DNA of 64,000 bases from Octopus vulgaris (taxonomy: Eukaryota): assembly GCA_951406725.2 (NCBI GenBank), contig OX597819.1, positions 53,072,001 to 53,136,000 of the forward strand. Direction: 5' to 3'. Positions within the stretch are counted from its first letter, which is position 1; the number at the start of each line of letters is the position of its first letter. Below the pieces are notes generated by a model. That model ran no database searches. It saw only the letters and a program-made list of their open reading frames with translations, and was not told the origin of the DNA. The position numbers and the translations under genes are program-made. Positions 14,102-27,780 of this stretch are shown here, piece after piece.

Positions 14102-14181
14102 CTGACAAACAGTAAGAATTCAACAGGCCATCCTGACATCTATTTTATTACCCACACCCTGCCTCTACTCCACCCTTCTGA

Positions 14182-14754
<573 letters not shown>

Positions 14755-15349
14755 TTTGAAACCAGATTTCCATTATCAGTGTCGATTATCCAAGGTTGAT
14801 ACACTCCTACCTCAATACTAACTTCTAACAGATTATATAAACCAATGAGGAAATCTCAACATGGCTGTTCAACGTGCTAGAAATAGTAGACAATGCTTCT
14901 TCTAATCATACTCTAGTATCTTAAAAAAGAAGAGCACGTGAAAAACAGATAAGCAAAAGCTCAATACAACCATGTCTAAAATACCTTTAATTATAATATA
15001 AGCCTACCTGGTAAAAGTAGACCTAGGGCTAAATAACAGTTGTCATATGATCACTACAGCATTATGTCATTGCAATCTAAACCTTTTGAATTCCAGCCAA
15101 TATTTTGATACAAAGTCTGACATAATTTCTTTCTTAATAATAAGATTTACATTTATATTTGGTGGGAGGGGAGGGGGTACACACACCCGCTTTTATTTTC
15201 TTGTTTTACATCACTGGAAACTTCAGTTCAATTTCAATATATTACTCAATAATTACCTTATTGAGAAATATTGTGTAATATTAAACCAAGTAAAACACAA
15301 AGCAAATTCAATACCAATATGGAATCTGGAAACCAAGATGTACTAAATC

Positions 15350-15755
15350 AACTGTGTGGTTAGGTTGGCTTACCAACCATGTGGTCTTCTCTTCAGCTCC
15401 ACTGCACAGCACCCTGTGTTTTCTACTACAGCCCTACGAGTGGATTTGGTAGGCTGAAAGAAGTGTGTGTATGTGCGTATGTGTGTGTGTGTATGTGCGT
15501 ACGTGTGTGTGTGTATGTGCATACGTGTGTGTGTGTGTGTGACTGCACGTGCATGTCCTTGTCTTAACATGAATGAGCATCTCTCTCATGCAAGCCGTGT
15601 TGTTTGTTTCAAGTTTTTTGGAAAAACACATGACTGGTGATGGGAAAAATATTACTTTGCTTGGAAAAAGTGAGAGTTGGCATCAAGGAGGGCATCTGGC
15701 CATAGAAAAACTGCATCAACAAATTTCCTCTGACCCATGCAAGCAATGGGGAATT
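15350..15755 (+). mobile_element. SINE with family-A head and RTE-type tail
   Basis: Head ctgtgtggtt...cttaccaaccatgtgg; (TG)n centre; tail ggagggcatctggccatagaaa...gacccatgcaagca matching the RTE 3' end at 18175-18280. Confidence 0.65.
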
Positions 15756-16317
15756 GGAAGTCTGGTTAACCATCATCTATGCCATGATGTCATTACCAAG
15801 GAGGCTGGTAAGTAAAAGTTTGGTGCTAGCTGGTCAGCTAACAAGTATAATACCTCCATAACCAATAATGAATTGCACACCCTCTTTAGGTATGTCACAT
15901 AAAAATTAATGCTTCAGTCAAACCAAATGTAAATAGTGAACAAAGGATATCATGCAGAAACCCCACCCTCATTCTCCCAGCAGAAATTCAGCTGTGGTAA
16001 ATCATTTCACCATCTCATCCATATTACTACATATGAATAATCAGGAGGAGAGATATTAATATCTATTCCAAACTCTATCTTTAATTTCTTCCTATAAACT
16101 CAACATATGTTAAGCAACAAAGATAAACAATTATCCTGTGTTTTCCACTGAAATTTATTCTCCTTTTCGAATGTTTCCTTTGAGTGTATGTTTGTTCCAA
16201 CAATCAATGTAAAAGTATTGATTCTCTCTCTCTCTTCCCCACCTCTCTCTCTAGGGATAAGTCTTCTATTATTATTACTGCATAAACTACAGCTTAGTAT
16301 ATTCATGTAATATTTAC

Positions 16318-16387
16318 TTAAATCTTGAGCAAGAAGCACTACAAACGAGTCCTTTTCAGTTGACACTCTCTGGAGTTTGCTGTGTGC
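16318..16387 (-). CDS. candidate internal exon (AHSKLQRVSTEKDSFVVLLAQDL); alternative donor after 16343
   Basis: Acceptor ctcatatttgcag|GCA, phase 0, continuing the exon at 18797-18882; donors TTAA|gtaaat (phase 1) or TTT|gtagtg (phase 0, compatible with the 14101 exon). Confidence 0.55.
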
Positions 16388-17276
16388 CTGCAAATATGAG
16401 TGTGTTAATACAGTATCAGTATATGAGATTCTGTACTTAAAAGTGATTACATGTGGAGACATTTATGATTGCTTTGCATTGCTATATGACAGCCAGAGAA
16501 TAAGAGTATGAGAACATACTCTACTCACTGTCTAAATACATACATTTGCATGCATCACATTAAACAACCTAACACTAATCATTCAACATAACACCAAAAA
16601 CCATACTGTATTCTTGTTTCATTTTCACAGTTTTGCAACAAGCCATTGGGTGTGTCCAAAAGAACATGTTCTACAATCAATGCAAATATGTCAATTCTAT
16701 TTATGCTTGAAAAGCTATAAAAGAAAATAATGTGGCAAAACCTTTGAGGGCCTTATATCGCTATTTTCTCAATAATTGGGGAGGGGAGAGTTCTTTAACA
16801 TACTGACATTGTAGAGGTCACTAGTAAAACTGAAACTTGTGAGTATGAGATCCAGAAAGCCCCAGAGTCCCAGTGTTAAGGCTTAACACTAGCATCAGTG
16901 CTAATTCCAATTATGCCCATCACATCTAATTTTTGAAAAGTGATAAGTGTGTTTTTGTAGCAAATTAAGATGACAACTGATCATTCACTTACACTAGCTT
17001 ACTACTGACAATTACATGTTGACCACATTTCATAAAAGACAGAAATAGAGAGATATTCCTCAGAAATATGCAAATATGTATATGACTGGCAACAGATGGT
17101 CATGTAATGCTATCTAAACCTTTCTCAAAGTTATTTTATACAAAGTTTAAATAAGATACTCAATTGATGTGAAAATGAGAGATCATGGAAAAATAACAGC
17201 AAGGCAGAAGTGAGGCATTATACTTAATACAGAATTAAGGTGCATGGCATTTTTGTCTTCTTTTTTTTTATTTTGA

Positions 17277-18310
17277 GACTCCATCAACTGCCAGAGGGAC
17301 AAGCTAGTGGTAGTAGATAGCTTCTGGTATCTAGGAGACCAAGTTAGTAGTGAAGGTGGATGATCCGAGAGCGTAGCTGTGAGAATAAGATTAGGATGAG
17401 CAAAGTTCAGAGAGCTCCTATCCCTGCTGGCAACAAAAGGTCTCTCTCTCAGAGTGAAAGCAGATTGTTTGATGGCAGAGTGCAAACAGTTATGCTGCAT
17501 AGCAGCGAAACATGGGCTGTGACAGCCAAGGACATGCACAGGCTTGAAAGAAATGAAGCCAGAGTGCTTCGCTGGATGTGTACAATGTCAGTGTGCATGT
17601 TTGACAGAGTGTAAGCATCTCAAGAGTAAAGTTAGGCATAAGAGGCATCAGATGTGGTGTGCAAGAGAGACGACTGCACTGGTATGGTCATGTGATGTGT
17701 AAGGGCGAGGACAGCTGTGTAAAGAAGTGTCGATCTCTGTGGAAGAAACCTGTGATAGAAGTAGACCCAGGAAGACATAAAACAAGGTATTGAAGCATGA
17801 TCCTCAAACTTTGAGCTTAACAGAGGCAATGACTAGTGACCGAGACCTTCAGTGATGTGCTGTGCTTGAGAGGACCAGTGAAGTCAAGTGCACCCATGCT
17901 GGTGGCATGTAAAGAACACCTTTCAAGCAGTGGGCCTCACAAAGGCAAAGTGGCTGAGTTCATTTCGAGCATTGGGCCTCATGGAGGCAATGACCAAGAC
18001 CTTTGGCATTATGTTGTGCTTGAGAAGAAGACACATCAAGCTGAGAAAAATCACAGTTGTGGCAGATACTGGTGTAACACAAATTGGCACCCATAGTAAG
18101 GACATGTAAAAGCACCCTGGTGTCACGCTGGTGGCATGTAAAATCACCCATCACATTCTCGGAGTGGTTGGTGTTAGGAGGGCATCCAGCTGTAGAAAAC
18201 CATACAAAATAAGACTGGAGTCTGGTGCAGCCTTCCAGTGTGCCAACCCAGTCAAACAATTTAACCCACGCAAGCATGGACAATAGATGTTCAATAATAA
18301 TGATGATGTT
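17277..18310 (+). mobile_element. RTE-clade LINE remnant, 5' truncated, with 3' UTR and (TGA)n-like tail
   Basis: Disrupted translation VVDSFWYLGD...RIRLG*AKFREL...MLHSSETWA...RLERNEARVLRWMC...RRLHWYGHVM, typical of the RTE ORF C-terminus; tail ggagggcatccagctgtagaaa...gcaagcatgg. Confidence 0.88.
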
Positions 18311-18796
18311 GATGAATCTGGAAGAGTCTAATAGTTGAGAAAATAGAGCATTCTTTGAAATGCATCTCTTCAAACCACAAAAACCAGCCTTACCCACAGC
18401 TTATGTTAGCAAGTGGCCTTAGACTAGAAGAGAAAAACTTGACACGTATGCATACCCATGTGAATACAACCGGGAGGAGGTTGAAAAAAAGAAGCTGAGT
18501 AGAAAAGAAAACTTGTAGAAGAAAAGAACCCTAACAATGGGTACCCCCCCAAAAAAGGGTTAAACAGGTAACATTGAGCATTAAGAAAAAGGAGCAGGGT
18601 GTGCATGAGAGTAAGGTTTTTAAGAACAGTAGTGTAAAAACATCTTGTGATTATAAAGAAGAAACAGATTTCAAACTGAAAAATATAGGTTTGAAAAAAG
18701 AAAAATTAAAATAAAATAAAAGTTAATAAATATTGGACAGTGGATGAGGAAATGGTTTTGTGTCATTTCAACATTGAAGTAGACTCTGCCATTTAC

Positions 18797-18882
18797 CTGT
18801 CTTTGCAACCCAATATTTTGTTTACTTTTCAAACTGGCCTCAAATAAATCAAATAAGCTGTACGCATTAACAGTAAAGTTAC
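18797..18882 (-). CDS. candidate internal exon ((G)NFTVNAYSLFDLFEASLKSKQNIGLQRQ)
   Basis: Acceptor ttgtttgccttagcag|GT; donor CAG|gtaaat; only one frame open (phase 1 to phase 0), compatible with both neighbouring candidate exons. Confidence 0.6.
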
Positions 18883-20493
18883 CTGCTAAGGCAAACAACC
18901 ACTGCAGTGCATTTGTCACCGATACTCACAAAATTACATGGTGTGTGTTATGTACATGTTAGCAAGTATACACACACCCACACACACACAAATATACTTG
19001 TAGGAAGGCATGTACATACTCAAGCAAATGCACAAATGTCTCATATATAAGGATAACTGTATTAGATTTGGCTGCCAGTAGATGAAGGAAGGAGGTGAGT
19101 GAAGTAACCAATAAGTGACAGCAAGCCAACCTCTGATATAGAAGAAAATAATAAATAAAAAGGCAGTGAAAAAAAACCAATCAAACAGTTAAATATATTT
19201 AGTTTGAAATCAATCTCCCTCCCTCTCTCTCTCTCTCTCTCTCTCTGAGACCAACTAAACAAGTATAAAACTATTCTATAAACACTTCAGATATGACCCA
19301 CAATCCTCTCAGGCTATAATTATTGCATTAACAAAAAATGTTTTAAAAAAATAATAATAATAATAATAATGACAAAAAGATAACTGGTTTACATAGTAAA
19401 TTTATGGATAAAACCAAAATAAAAAAAAATAGATCAAGGAGTATTTTTAAAAATATATAATAAAATAACAAGAAAGGGAAATATATTTACAAATAAAAAA
19501 TAAATAGATAACTAAATTGATATAATGTTTATAGTTTATCTTGCTCTGTATTTTTTTCCTTGCAAAGAAATATATTTAATTTATATATGGAAGTATTGGG
19601 ACCATTTTTTTTTTTATATATAGCTCTTTCTCATCATCAATGTTTTAGTAATGTAAACTCCTCCACCATCATCCTTGTTACAATCTCTATGCTTGCAATG
19701 GACAAAAAGCCATGGAAGAATGAGTGCAGAATATAACTAAATTATATGGAAAACTTCTTGGAAAAAAAAAAATAATAAAGAGAAGAGAAAGAAAGAAAAA
19801 AGAATAAAATTAAGAAAATTTCCAGCAGTATTAAAAGAATAAATATTAGGTAGATTTGTGGAGAGTATCCTCTCAAAAACAAGAGTAGCATAGTGTTGGA
19901 GTGTGCAAGCCAAAGAAATTGTAGTAGAGAAAGAAAGAGGTGGGTGTGGCTTGCTGCATGGAAAACTAATAAATAACAGCAGTCTTGTCACCACAACTGG
20001 TAGAAAGAGAGGCATAAACATTTTTGATTGTTATGGAATTAATACATGATAGGTCTTCTGTTTTCCTTACTATGCATGTTAATGTTTCTTCATATCTTTT
20101 AGATAAATTGTTTGATTAAATAGCTTAAACAATCAACCATTTTGGAATAAATGATTTTTTTAATGATTTACAGTGTATGTATGCACATTTCATTGCAATT
20201 AAACACACATGCAGATACACACAGGATTAAGGAAGCAGAAGGAAACAAGAACTCATATAAATAAAATTTAAAAAACTGATCAATACAATTGCATCCATAA
20301 GATGTACATAAAGCGTTGACAAGCAAATACATTGGAATTTGAGTTAAAGAGAATCAACATCATTGCTACGTTGGGGAATGTACTGCGATTCAGACAACGC
20401 TTCATTAAGACAATAATTCTAGTAATGAGATTATTTACAATATAAATAATAAATTATGTAATGAATTGTGATTAAATTCTTATGAACATGTAC

Positions 20494-20880
20494 AGGTGCA
20501 GACACGAGTGTGTAGTTAAAATGCTCAGTTTATAACTACATGGTTTCAGATTCAATCCCCGATATGCTGCACTTTGGGCAAGTATCTCTTACTATACCTC
20601 AAAAGCCGACCAATGCCTTTAGAGTGAATATGGTAGACAGAAACTGTGTGGAAGCCTATCGTGTGTGTATCTTTGTTTCTGTCAACCCACCCTACCCCAC
20701 CCTTGTTTGGCAATCAGTATTGGTTTCTTTAGGTCACCAGAACTTAGCAGTTTGGCAAAAGACAACAATAGAATAAATACCATGCTTTAAAATACAAAAA
20801 TAGAACTGGGTTTGATTTGTTTGAGTAAACCAATCCAAGTGCTGCCCCAGAATGACCACAGTCCAACGACAGAAACAAGC
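20494..20880 (+). mobile_element. SINE family A, degenerate full-length copy
   Basis: ggtgcagacacgagtgtgtagttaa head; tail gtgctgccccagaatgaccacagtccaacgacagaaac. Confidence 0.75.
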
Positions 20881-21304
20881 TCCATGAATTAGCAATGTGG
20901 CTTTGAGGTTCTGTAAATGTAAAGTTTGGCAACAATTTTGTTCCGGAAATGTCTAGTGAAAGAGATATAATTCTATTTTTTGAAGATTCATCTTTGCCAA
21001 TAAGGTAACTGTTGGGTGGGGGTATACACTAAAAGAAATGATGTTAGTGAAAAATTCAATCAGAAGCAACGAGGTAAATCTGAAGAAATTAGACTGAATG
21101 TAGAAGCAAAGGGATCAAGGAGCTGAATATACACAAAATGGAAACAAAAACTGGAAAAACAAAGAGGAAAAAGGCAGGAAGAGAGGATTAAAAAAGAAAA
21201 TAGTATAAAGATAAGAAAAAATACAACTAATTTCAATTAAGTTGGAAATTTGTACTTGTTGGGAAGAAGTGTTAAACCAATCCGAGTAAACAAGTAATAC
21301 TTCA

Positions 21305-21710
21305 TAGGCACAAGTATGACTGTATAGACAAGAAGTTTGCTTCCCAATCACATGGATTTGGATTCAGTCCTACTGCACGAAGCCCTAAACAAATGTCTTT
21401 TACTCTAGTCCTAAACTGATCAAAACCTTGTGAGCAGAGGTTATGTGTGTGTGCTCCCTTGTCATGATATTACATGATGGTCGTAAAAGAGTGTCACCAT
21501 CAACAATACCACAAATGGTTTTGTTTGTTTCCAATCTTCCATAGAACAAGTCTGGCCTTGGAAGAAAAATAGCTTGCTTGGAAACAGGTGAGAATTGGAC
21601 ACAGGAAGCAAATCTAGCAGCAGAAAATATGCCTCGACAAATTCCATTTAACCCCATACAAGCATGAAAAAGTGGGCATTAAAATAAAGATGATGGTGAT
21701 GATGATGATG
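21305..21710 (+). mobile_element. SINE with family-A head and RTE-type tail
   Basis: Head ...aagaagtttgcttcccaatcacatgg...ttcagtcc; tail ccccatacaagcatgaaaaagtggg...(GAT)n. Confidence 0.6.
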
Positions 21711-23169
21711 ACTGGAGTTCTGAAAGGCAAGGTCAAAATGTGTGGATTTGAACTCAAAATATAAAGAAATACAAATACATAAATACTACTCCAACCCATG
21801 ACAGCATGGAAAACGGATGTTAAATGATGATGATATAATGCATTTAATTGAACACTTCTCAGCAAGTAAGCTTCAACATAGTCAAGTGATATACTTAAAG
21901 TGTTGTAGTGAAAATGGTACTCCCTTTCCCATATGACAAAGTCAGACAGTCAGTCATTGTAGAAGGTCAGTCGTAGTAGAGTCCCTATACAAGTTCTCAG
22001 CTGGTGTCAGTTACATGTTATATATGAGTTTGAGTTACTGTCAAGGGAGACAGTTCAAGTCATTGTCATGCAGAGCTATCAGCATTAGCACATTAGACAA
22101 GTCAAAGATAACGAGACAGAGAATACCATCACAAAATAATAGTGGTGATGAGAATATTACAGTGCCAACAATAACATACAAGTGGATGAGGATCCACATT
22201 ATAACAAAAAAAAAAAACCCCCAAATCTTCCTCAAATCAAACTTTGCAGTCTTTAAAAAAAATGAAAGGATACATTGGGACATGTGTCCTAGATGTTCTG
22301 TGTCTAGAGAGAAAAAAACAGGATAGCCATGGTCAGGACTAAAATACCATTAAGCACAGTTCTACTTGATCAGAGCTGACCACCATCACCAACAATAACA
22401 ACAGAGGATGTTTTAAAGAACCACAAAAACCAAAGACATAGGAGTCATTGAGTGAACCCCAAACTGGTGACTTGAAGGACATACAACTTTTTCAGTCACA
22501 CACTACCATATACAACAATAAGGAATATATTGGAGGGTAAACCTGGAGCTAAACAACACCAGAAAAATCTATGAAGAAAAAATATTTACTTTTTTCAGAT
22601 GTATTTTGTTTTGGTATTTCAACGAATATATAAATAAATGAAAATTCAGAAATTTTTATAGATGTTTTAGAAAAAACTTTTGTTAGAATAATATGAATTT
22701 ATGAGCTGTGCAATTCAATATGAAATTAATTTGAAGTGGCTTAGCATGTATTTACCTATCATACTACAGCAAATTATATAAATTCAACAAGACCAATAAC
22801 AATCTTGTTACATCGTATTTAGGCAACAGCACTGTCTATAATATTAACAAGTTAGCTGAGAGGGGAGGCATTTCACTGTTTCTTCATCAATCTAAACACT
22901 GCAATTTAACATGCTTTAAATGAATATCATGCACTGAAGAAGTGAAGGAGGAGAGAGTGAGAAACAAAGCGAAAAGAAGGGCATTATTTTCTCTCTCTCT
23001 CTCTATCTATCTATATATCTATCTATCCCTCACTCTCACTGTGACCATTTTAATAGAACTGCTTCACATGAATGGGCTAATAAGGTAAATTATCTTCCAC
23101 ACATTAGCATTAAATGGAAATTAAATAGCTTTTTATTAGCAGGTAGAAAATACTATGCAATTAGCAATA

Positions 23170-23400
23170 ATTACGATGTGTATGTATGCATGCATATGTG
23201 AATATGTGTTGCACATCTGATTGCATTTAAACACACACACACAGATAAATACACAGAGGATTAAGAAAGCAAAAGGGGGGAAAAAATGTAAACAATATAA
23301 AAATTGATTAATACAATTGCATTCATAAAAGACGCACATAAAGTGTAGAAAAGTATGCCCAAACAAACACATTCTTCGTCAACTTTATATTCAATATTAT
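23170..23400 (+). repeat. unclassified dispersed repeat (copies at ~20175-20330 + and ~24680-24790 -)
   Basis: Shared motif atacaattgcattcataa...cacataaa...tagaaaagtatgcccaaacaaacac; inverted match at 24680-24790. Confidence 0.6.
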
Positions 23401-23834
23401 TAACATAATGGGAACAATAGTCTTCAAAATGCTGCTGTTTTTCTGATCTGTTGTTCTTGTTTCTAACTAACGGTATATTGTGGAATAATGTTTCGTTTAG
23501 TAACTATATCAATGTGATCTAATGAATAAGGTAGTTGAATTAATTCCTTCGATCAATAAGACAGTGGCAAAATTAAAGTGAAAAATCACTTCACAACAGT
23601 TATCAGTTTAAAGTTGCTTTAAATTTTTTTTTTTTTTTCCCCCTTTAATCACCAGCTGAAAGTTATCAATCTTTAGTGAGGAAGAGCAGAAAAAAAAAAG
23701 TTATCTGATTCTAAGTTACTAAATGGTAGAATCATAGGAAATGAGTTGTTGCAATGCCAGTTGCCTCAATAGAAGTTCAAGGCTGCAACACTAACTAATT
23801 GTAACTCAAGTTTGGGAATTTTAGGGGAAAATAT

Positions 23835-23884
23835 GGTTTTATGAATGTCTGGTTTTATGAATGTCTGGTTTTATGAATGTCTGG
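23835..23884 (+). repeat. 16-bp tandem repeat x3 (GGTTTTATGAATGTCT)
   Basis: Direct reading. Confidence 0.95.
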
Positions 23885-25534
23885 AAGAACAATAGCTATT
23901 CCATTTGGAATATAGTTCCATGATGAAAATGGTTTTCTATTGAAACTGTGGAGATTAGAGCGGTTCTCTGTTGGCAATTAGTAATACAAAAAAGTTTAAA
24001 TCATCGTTTATCAATCATTAGAATAAATTGTGCACCATGAGGAAGGACAGAAGGTTAACATTTCATGTTGCAAAAACCTTTCTCACTGGTAAGAGATGAA
24101 ATGTTTCCTTGTGTTGCCATAGGAATAGCAAGAGAGTGAGAGAAAGACGGGGAGGTAAAAAAGGATGAGAAGTCTTACTGACGGTGGTGGTGGTGGTGGT
24201 GGAGTGAGGAGCATGGCAAAAGTGTAGAGAAAATGAGTGGAACACCCACAGGTTTGGAGAAATAAATGCAGATAGGGAAAATGTTAAAGGCGGGTAATAA
24301 TGATAGGAAAATGATACACAAGGTATTTATCAGGTTTGAAAAATGCTTTGCACTTATGCAACTTTACAGCAAACATATATAAGGAATTATAAAGGCTCCA
24401 CTTTGCATTTGGATCTATAACTTCCATTTCTCCACCAAACCTTTCTCTCTCTCATATATATTATATGTATCATTTAATTACACATTCAACATCTGTTTTT
24501 CCATGCTAGCATGGCTTAGATAGGGGTGTATTTGCAACAGGATTCTACAACTGGATACTCTTTCTGTTTCCAACCCTTGTTTTCGAGTAAGGAATTTCTT
24601 ATTCTACAGATCTCCGAAAAAGCCAATGTCAACAAGAAATGTAAATAATATCACTGCTTCATTTGGCCGAACCCACCATAATAATTATATTCAATATAAA
24701 GTTGGGCAAAGAGAGTATTTGTTTGGACATACTTTTTTCTACATTTATATGCATCTTATGAGTGCAGTTGCATTCATGAAGAATGTCAATACTCATGCAC
24801 ACATATACAATGAGTTTCCTACAAAATCTGTTTACCAAATTCCTATGCAAGGCATTGGTTGACCTAAGGTTATAGTAGAAGACAAGAACATAGTACTGTG
24901 GAGTGGGAATGAGCCCAAAACTCACAACTGCAAAGTGAACATCTTAATCACACAGCCTGTGCATGCATGCATGCACACACACACACACATTTTCTTTTTA
25001 CACATAGTCCAACCCATGAGTTTTTCTTTCTACCAAATCCATTCACAAGGCTTTGCTTGACCCAGGTCTATAGCAGAAGATAAGTAGGACTGAACCCAAA
25101 GCCATGTGATTGGAAAGCATACTTCTTACCACACAGCAACAGCTGGTGATTATTTACTTCATTTAAGTAATGATCAAAGGAACAGTCAGAAAAGGTGAAT
25201 AAATAAAAGATGAAAGGTGGGGAGAGGAAGGAAAAGAATAAATAATAATATTAAACGAATGAAGAAAATGCATTAATTAGAAAAGGGACAGTGATTAAAT
25301 ACACAGAGAAGGTAAGAAATATGAAGAATGAAATGACTGAAATAAAATTAAAAAGATAAGAATGAAATGTATTCAGAAAGGAAGAATACCTGAAATATAT
25401 TCAGAATTAAATAAATAAAGCCAAACTATATTAAAAAGCAGATATATTTATCTGTTGAAGATTTTCTTGAGAGATATTGTCTAATGTGACTAAGAAACAG
25501 AAGTGTATTCAATTTAAACATCTCCTTCCCCGAC

Positions 25535-25641
25535 CTTTCCTTGGTCGATCGGTCAGATCTATCGTACGAAATGGGAATAAACGCAATGCCTTGTCACTTA
25601 GATTGACTGGAGAATCTCCATGAACAGGATTAGAGATTAAC
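25535..25641 (-). CDS. candidate internal exon (LISNPVHGDSPVNLSDKALRLFPFRTIDLTDRPRK)
   Basis: 107 nt, CpG-rich relative to surroundings, open frame phase 2 to phase 1; donor AAAG|gtcggg joins in frame to the 18882 exon; acceptor gtaagctag|G is weak. Confidence 0.45.
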
Positions 25642-26336
25642 CTAGCTTACAACAACCTCAAGCAACGAATTAGGTCCAACTGTTTGTGTATACAATCTAT
25701 GTTTGAAATGCACTTAAATAGTTACAAAAACACACTGTACTATTACAGGGTTTGTAGATATTAAAAGTTAGTGACATAGCCAAAGTAAATGTCAGATAGC
25801 AAACACTTGAGAAGAACACACTGTCTTGTTAGCAAGCAATACACAAAGGAGAAATTCAGGCACCACTGAACAATAGTGATTGCCAACAGCTTGAGAGGAT
25901 TCAAGAGTTTCTTGTCAATTTATTGAGCAGAAACATCACACTGTACCTGCTCATTCACAGATCATCTATAGTATTTGCTAAGTTTGGTCAGTGCACACAT
26001 TGCAGACCAGTAACTTCTAAAGACTCTTAAGGTATTAAGAAACAATGGAATGATACAGAGAGAATTAAAGCTAGGTGAAGTGAAGTGTGCAGAAGAAAAT
26101 AGATAGGCAGAATTGAAATGCTGCAGACCAGTTTAATGAAAGAAATAATAAACCATTACACAGTAACAACAACATGGGAATATATATTGATCAAAACTTT
26201 TTGTCTGGAAGCAACAGCATTAGTGATAAGAGAGGAAACAGAGAGAGATGGAGAGAAACAAGGAAATTAGAGAGAAAGATAACTGAGGGAGGAGAGAAAA
26301 GATAAAAACTGTAAGAATGAATTGAAGGGGGAGGGG

Positions 26337-26397
<61 letters not shown>

Positions 26398-27574
26398 AGA
26401 TGGGAGAAGGAAGGGGAAAGAAAAGGAAGGAGTGTTAATTGGTAGAAAATCACAAAATTTTTCCATTAGCAAAGAGGTTAACTAGATACTTTTCATATAT
26501 TGCAAGAGAAAAAAAAATTTTTTTTTTTTTAAATAAAGAAGAGAGAAATAAATAAAAATAAATCAAATAGAGTCAGAAATTATTAATATAATAGATTTAA
26601 AAATAGATAAGTGTTAATTGTTTCTTTTCAATACCCACTTTCTCAAATTGATAGCCTGCAGTATATTTGGTGAGAAAACAGCAATTTATCAAAGACATTT
26701 CCTCACACAACATAATTCTTTATCTTTTTGGTTTTATTTTTCTCTAATTATTATTGCTTTCTTTTTTTTATTGATATATTCTCAATTTTGAAGTATAAAC
26801 AACCGAGAATGAAGATTAAGCAAACATTGCAGTGTGTGTGACATCAAAATCTGACTGCAAGCACTTTCACAAAAGCAGTTTAGACAACACAAATTGGACA
26901 AACTCTATTGTATACAGTGATAGAAGTGGGACTGAAGGTGGTGATGGTGATGGTAATAGTAGCAATAATAATTACTGTAGAAGCAATGTCATAGCCATTG
27001 ACAAACAGAAGATCAAACAACTTGATCCTGAAATCAAATTTATCTCAAGAATTATTCATTTCACACACAAACACACACACACACAGAGCAAGAGGAGGCG
27101 GTCATCTATATCCAATTAATCTTCATTTTTTACAGTATATAAATTGACACCTCGTATTTCTGAGTTCTAATTGAACCAGAATCAATTTTGCCAAACATCT
27201 TTCTAAGATAGATTAACTAAGTACATTGGGTCAGATATAGTAACTTATAGAAGTGACTACCACACGAACGAACACACACACACACACACACACACACAAA
27301 GCAATTTTATGCATCTGTTTGTAAGGATTTGTTCATATGCGTGTTTAACAATTACATTTTTTTTTCTTTATTGGTTTCATATGAGCAAAGAAATCAGGAT
27401 ATCCAAACAGGAGAAATTTATAAAATTCATTAAAATTTCATCTAGGAGAGCAACAGTGACCCATCCAATCATGCTTGCATGGAAAGTGAACATAAAACAA
27501 TAATGGTAGTGGTGGTGGTGATATATTGTTTGGATATCAACTGCTTCAGTCTATGATTATGATTATTATTAAAG

Positions 27575-27780
27575 AGGCAAGCTGGCAGAATCGTTAGCAC
27601 ACTAGATGAAATGCTTAGCAGAATTTCACCCATTACTATGTTCTGAATTCAAATTCGGCCAAGGTCGACTTTGCCTTTCATCCTTTCAGGGTCAATAAAA
27701 TAACAGACGTTCTCTGGGTCGATGAGATCAACTCCTCTCCTACCCCCAAATTGCTGCCCTTGTAGAAAAATTGGAAACAG
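27575..27780 (+). mobile_element. SINE family B, well-preserved copy
   Basis: ggcaagctggcagaatcgttagcac...gaattcaaattcggccaaggtcgactttgcctttcatcctttcagggtcaataaaat. Confidence 0.85.
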
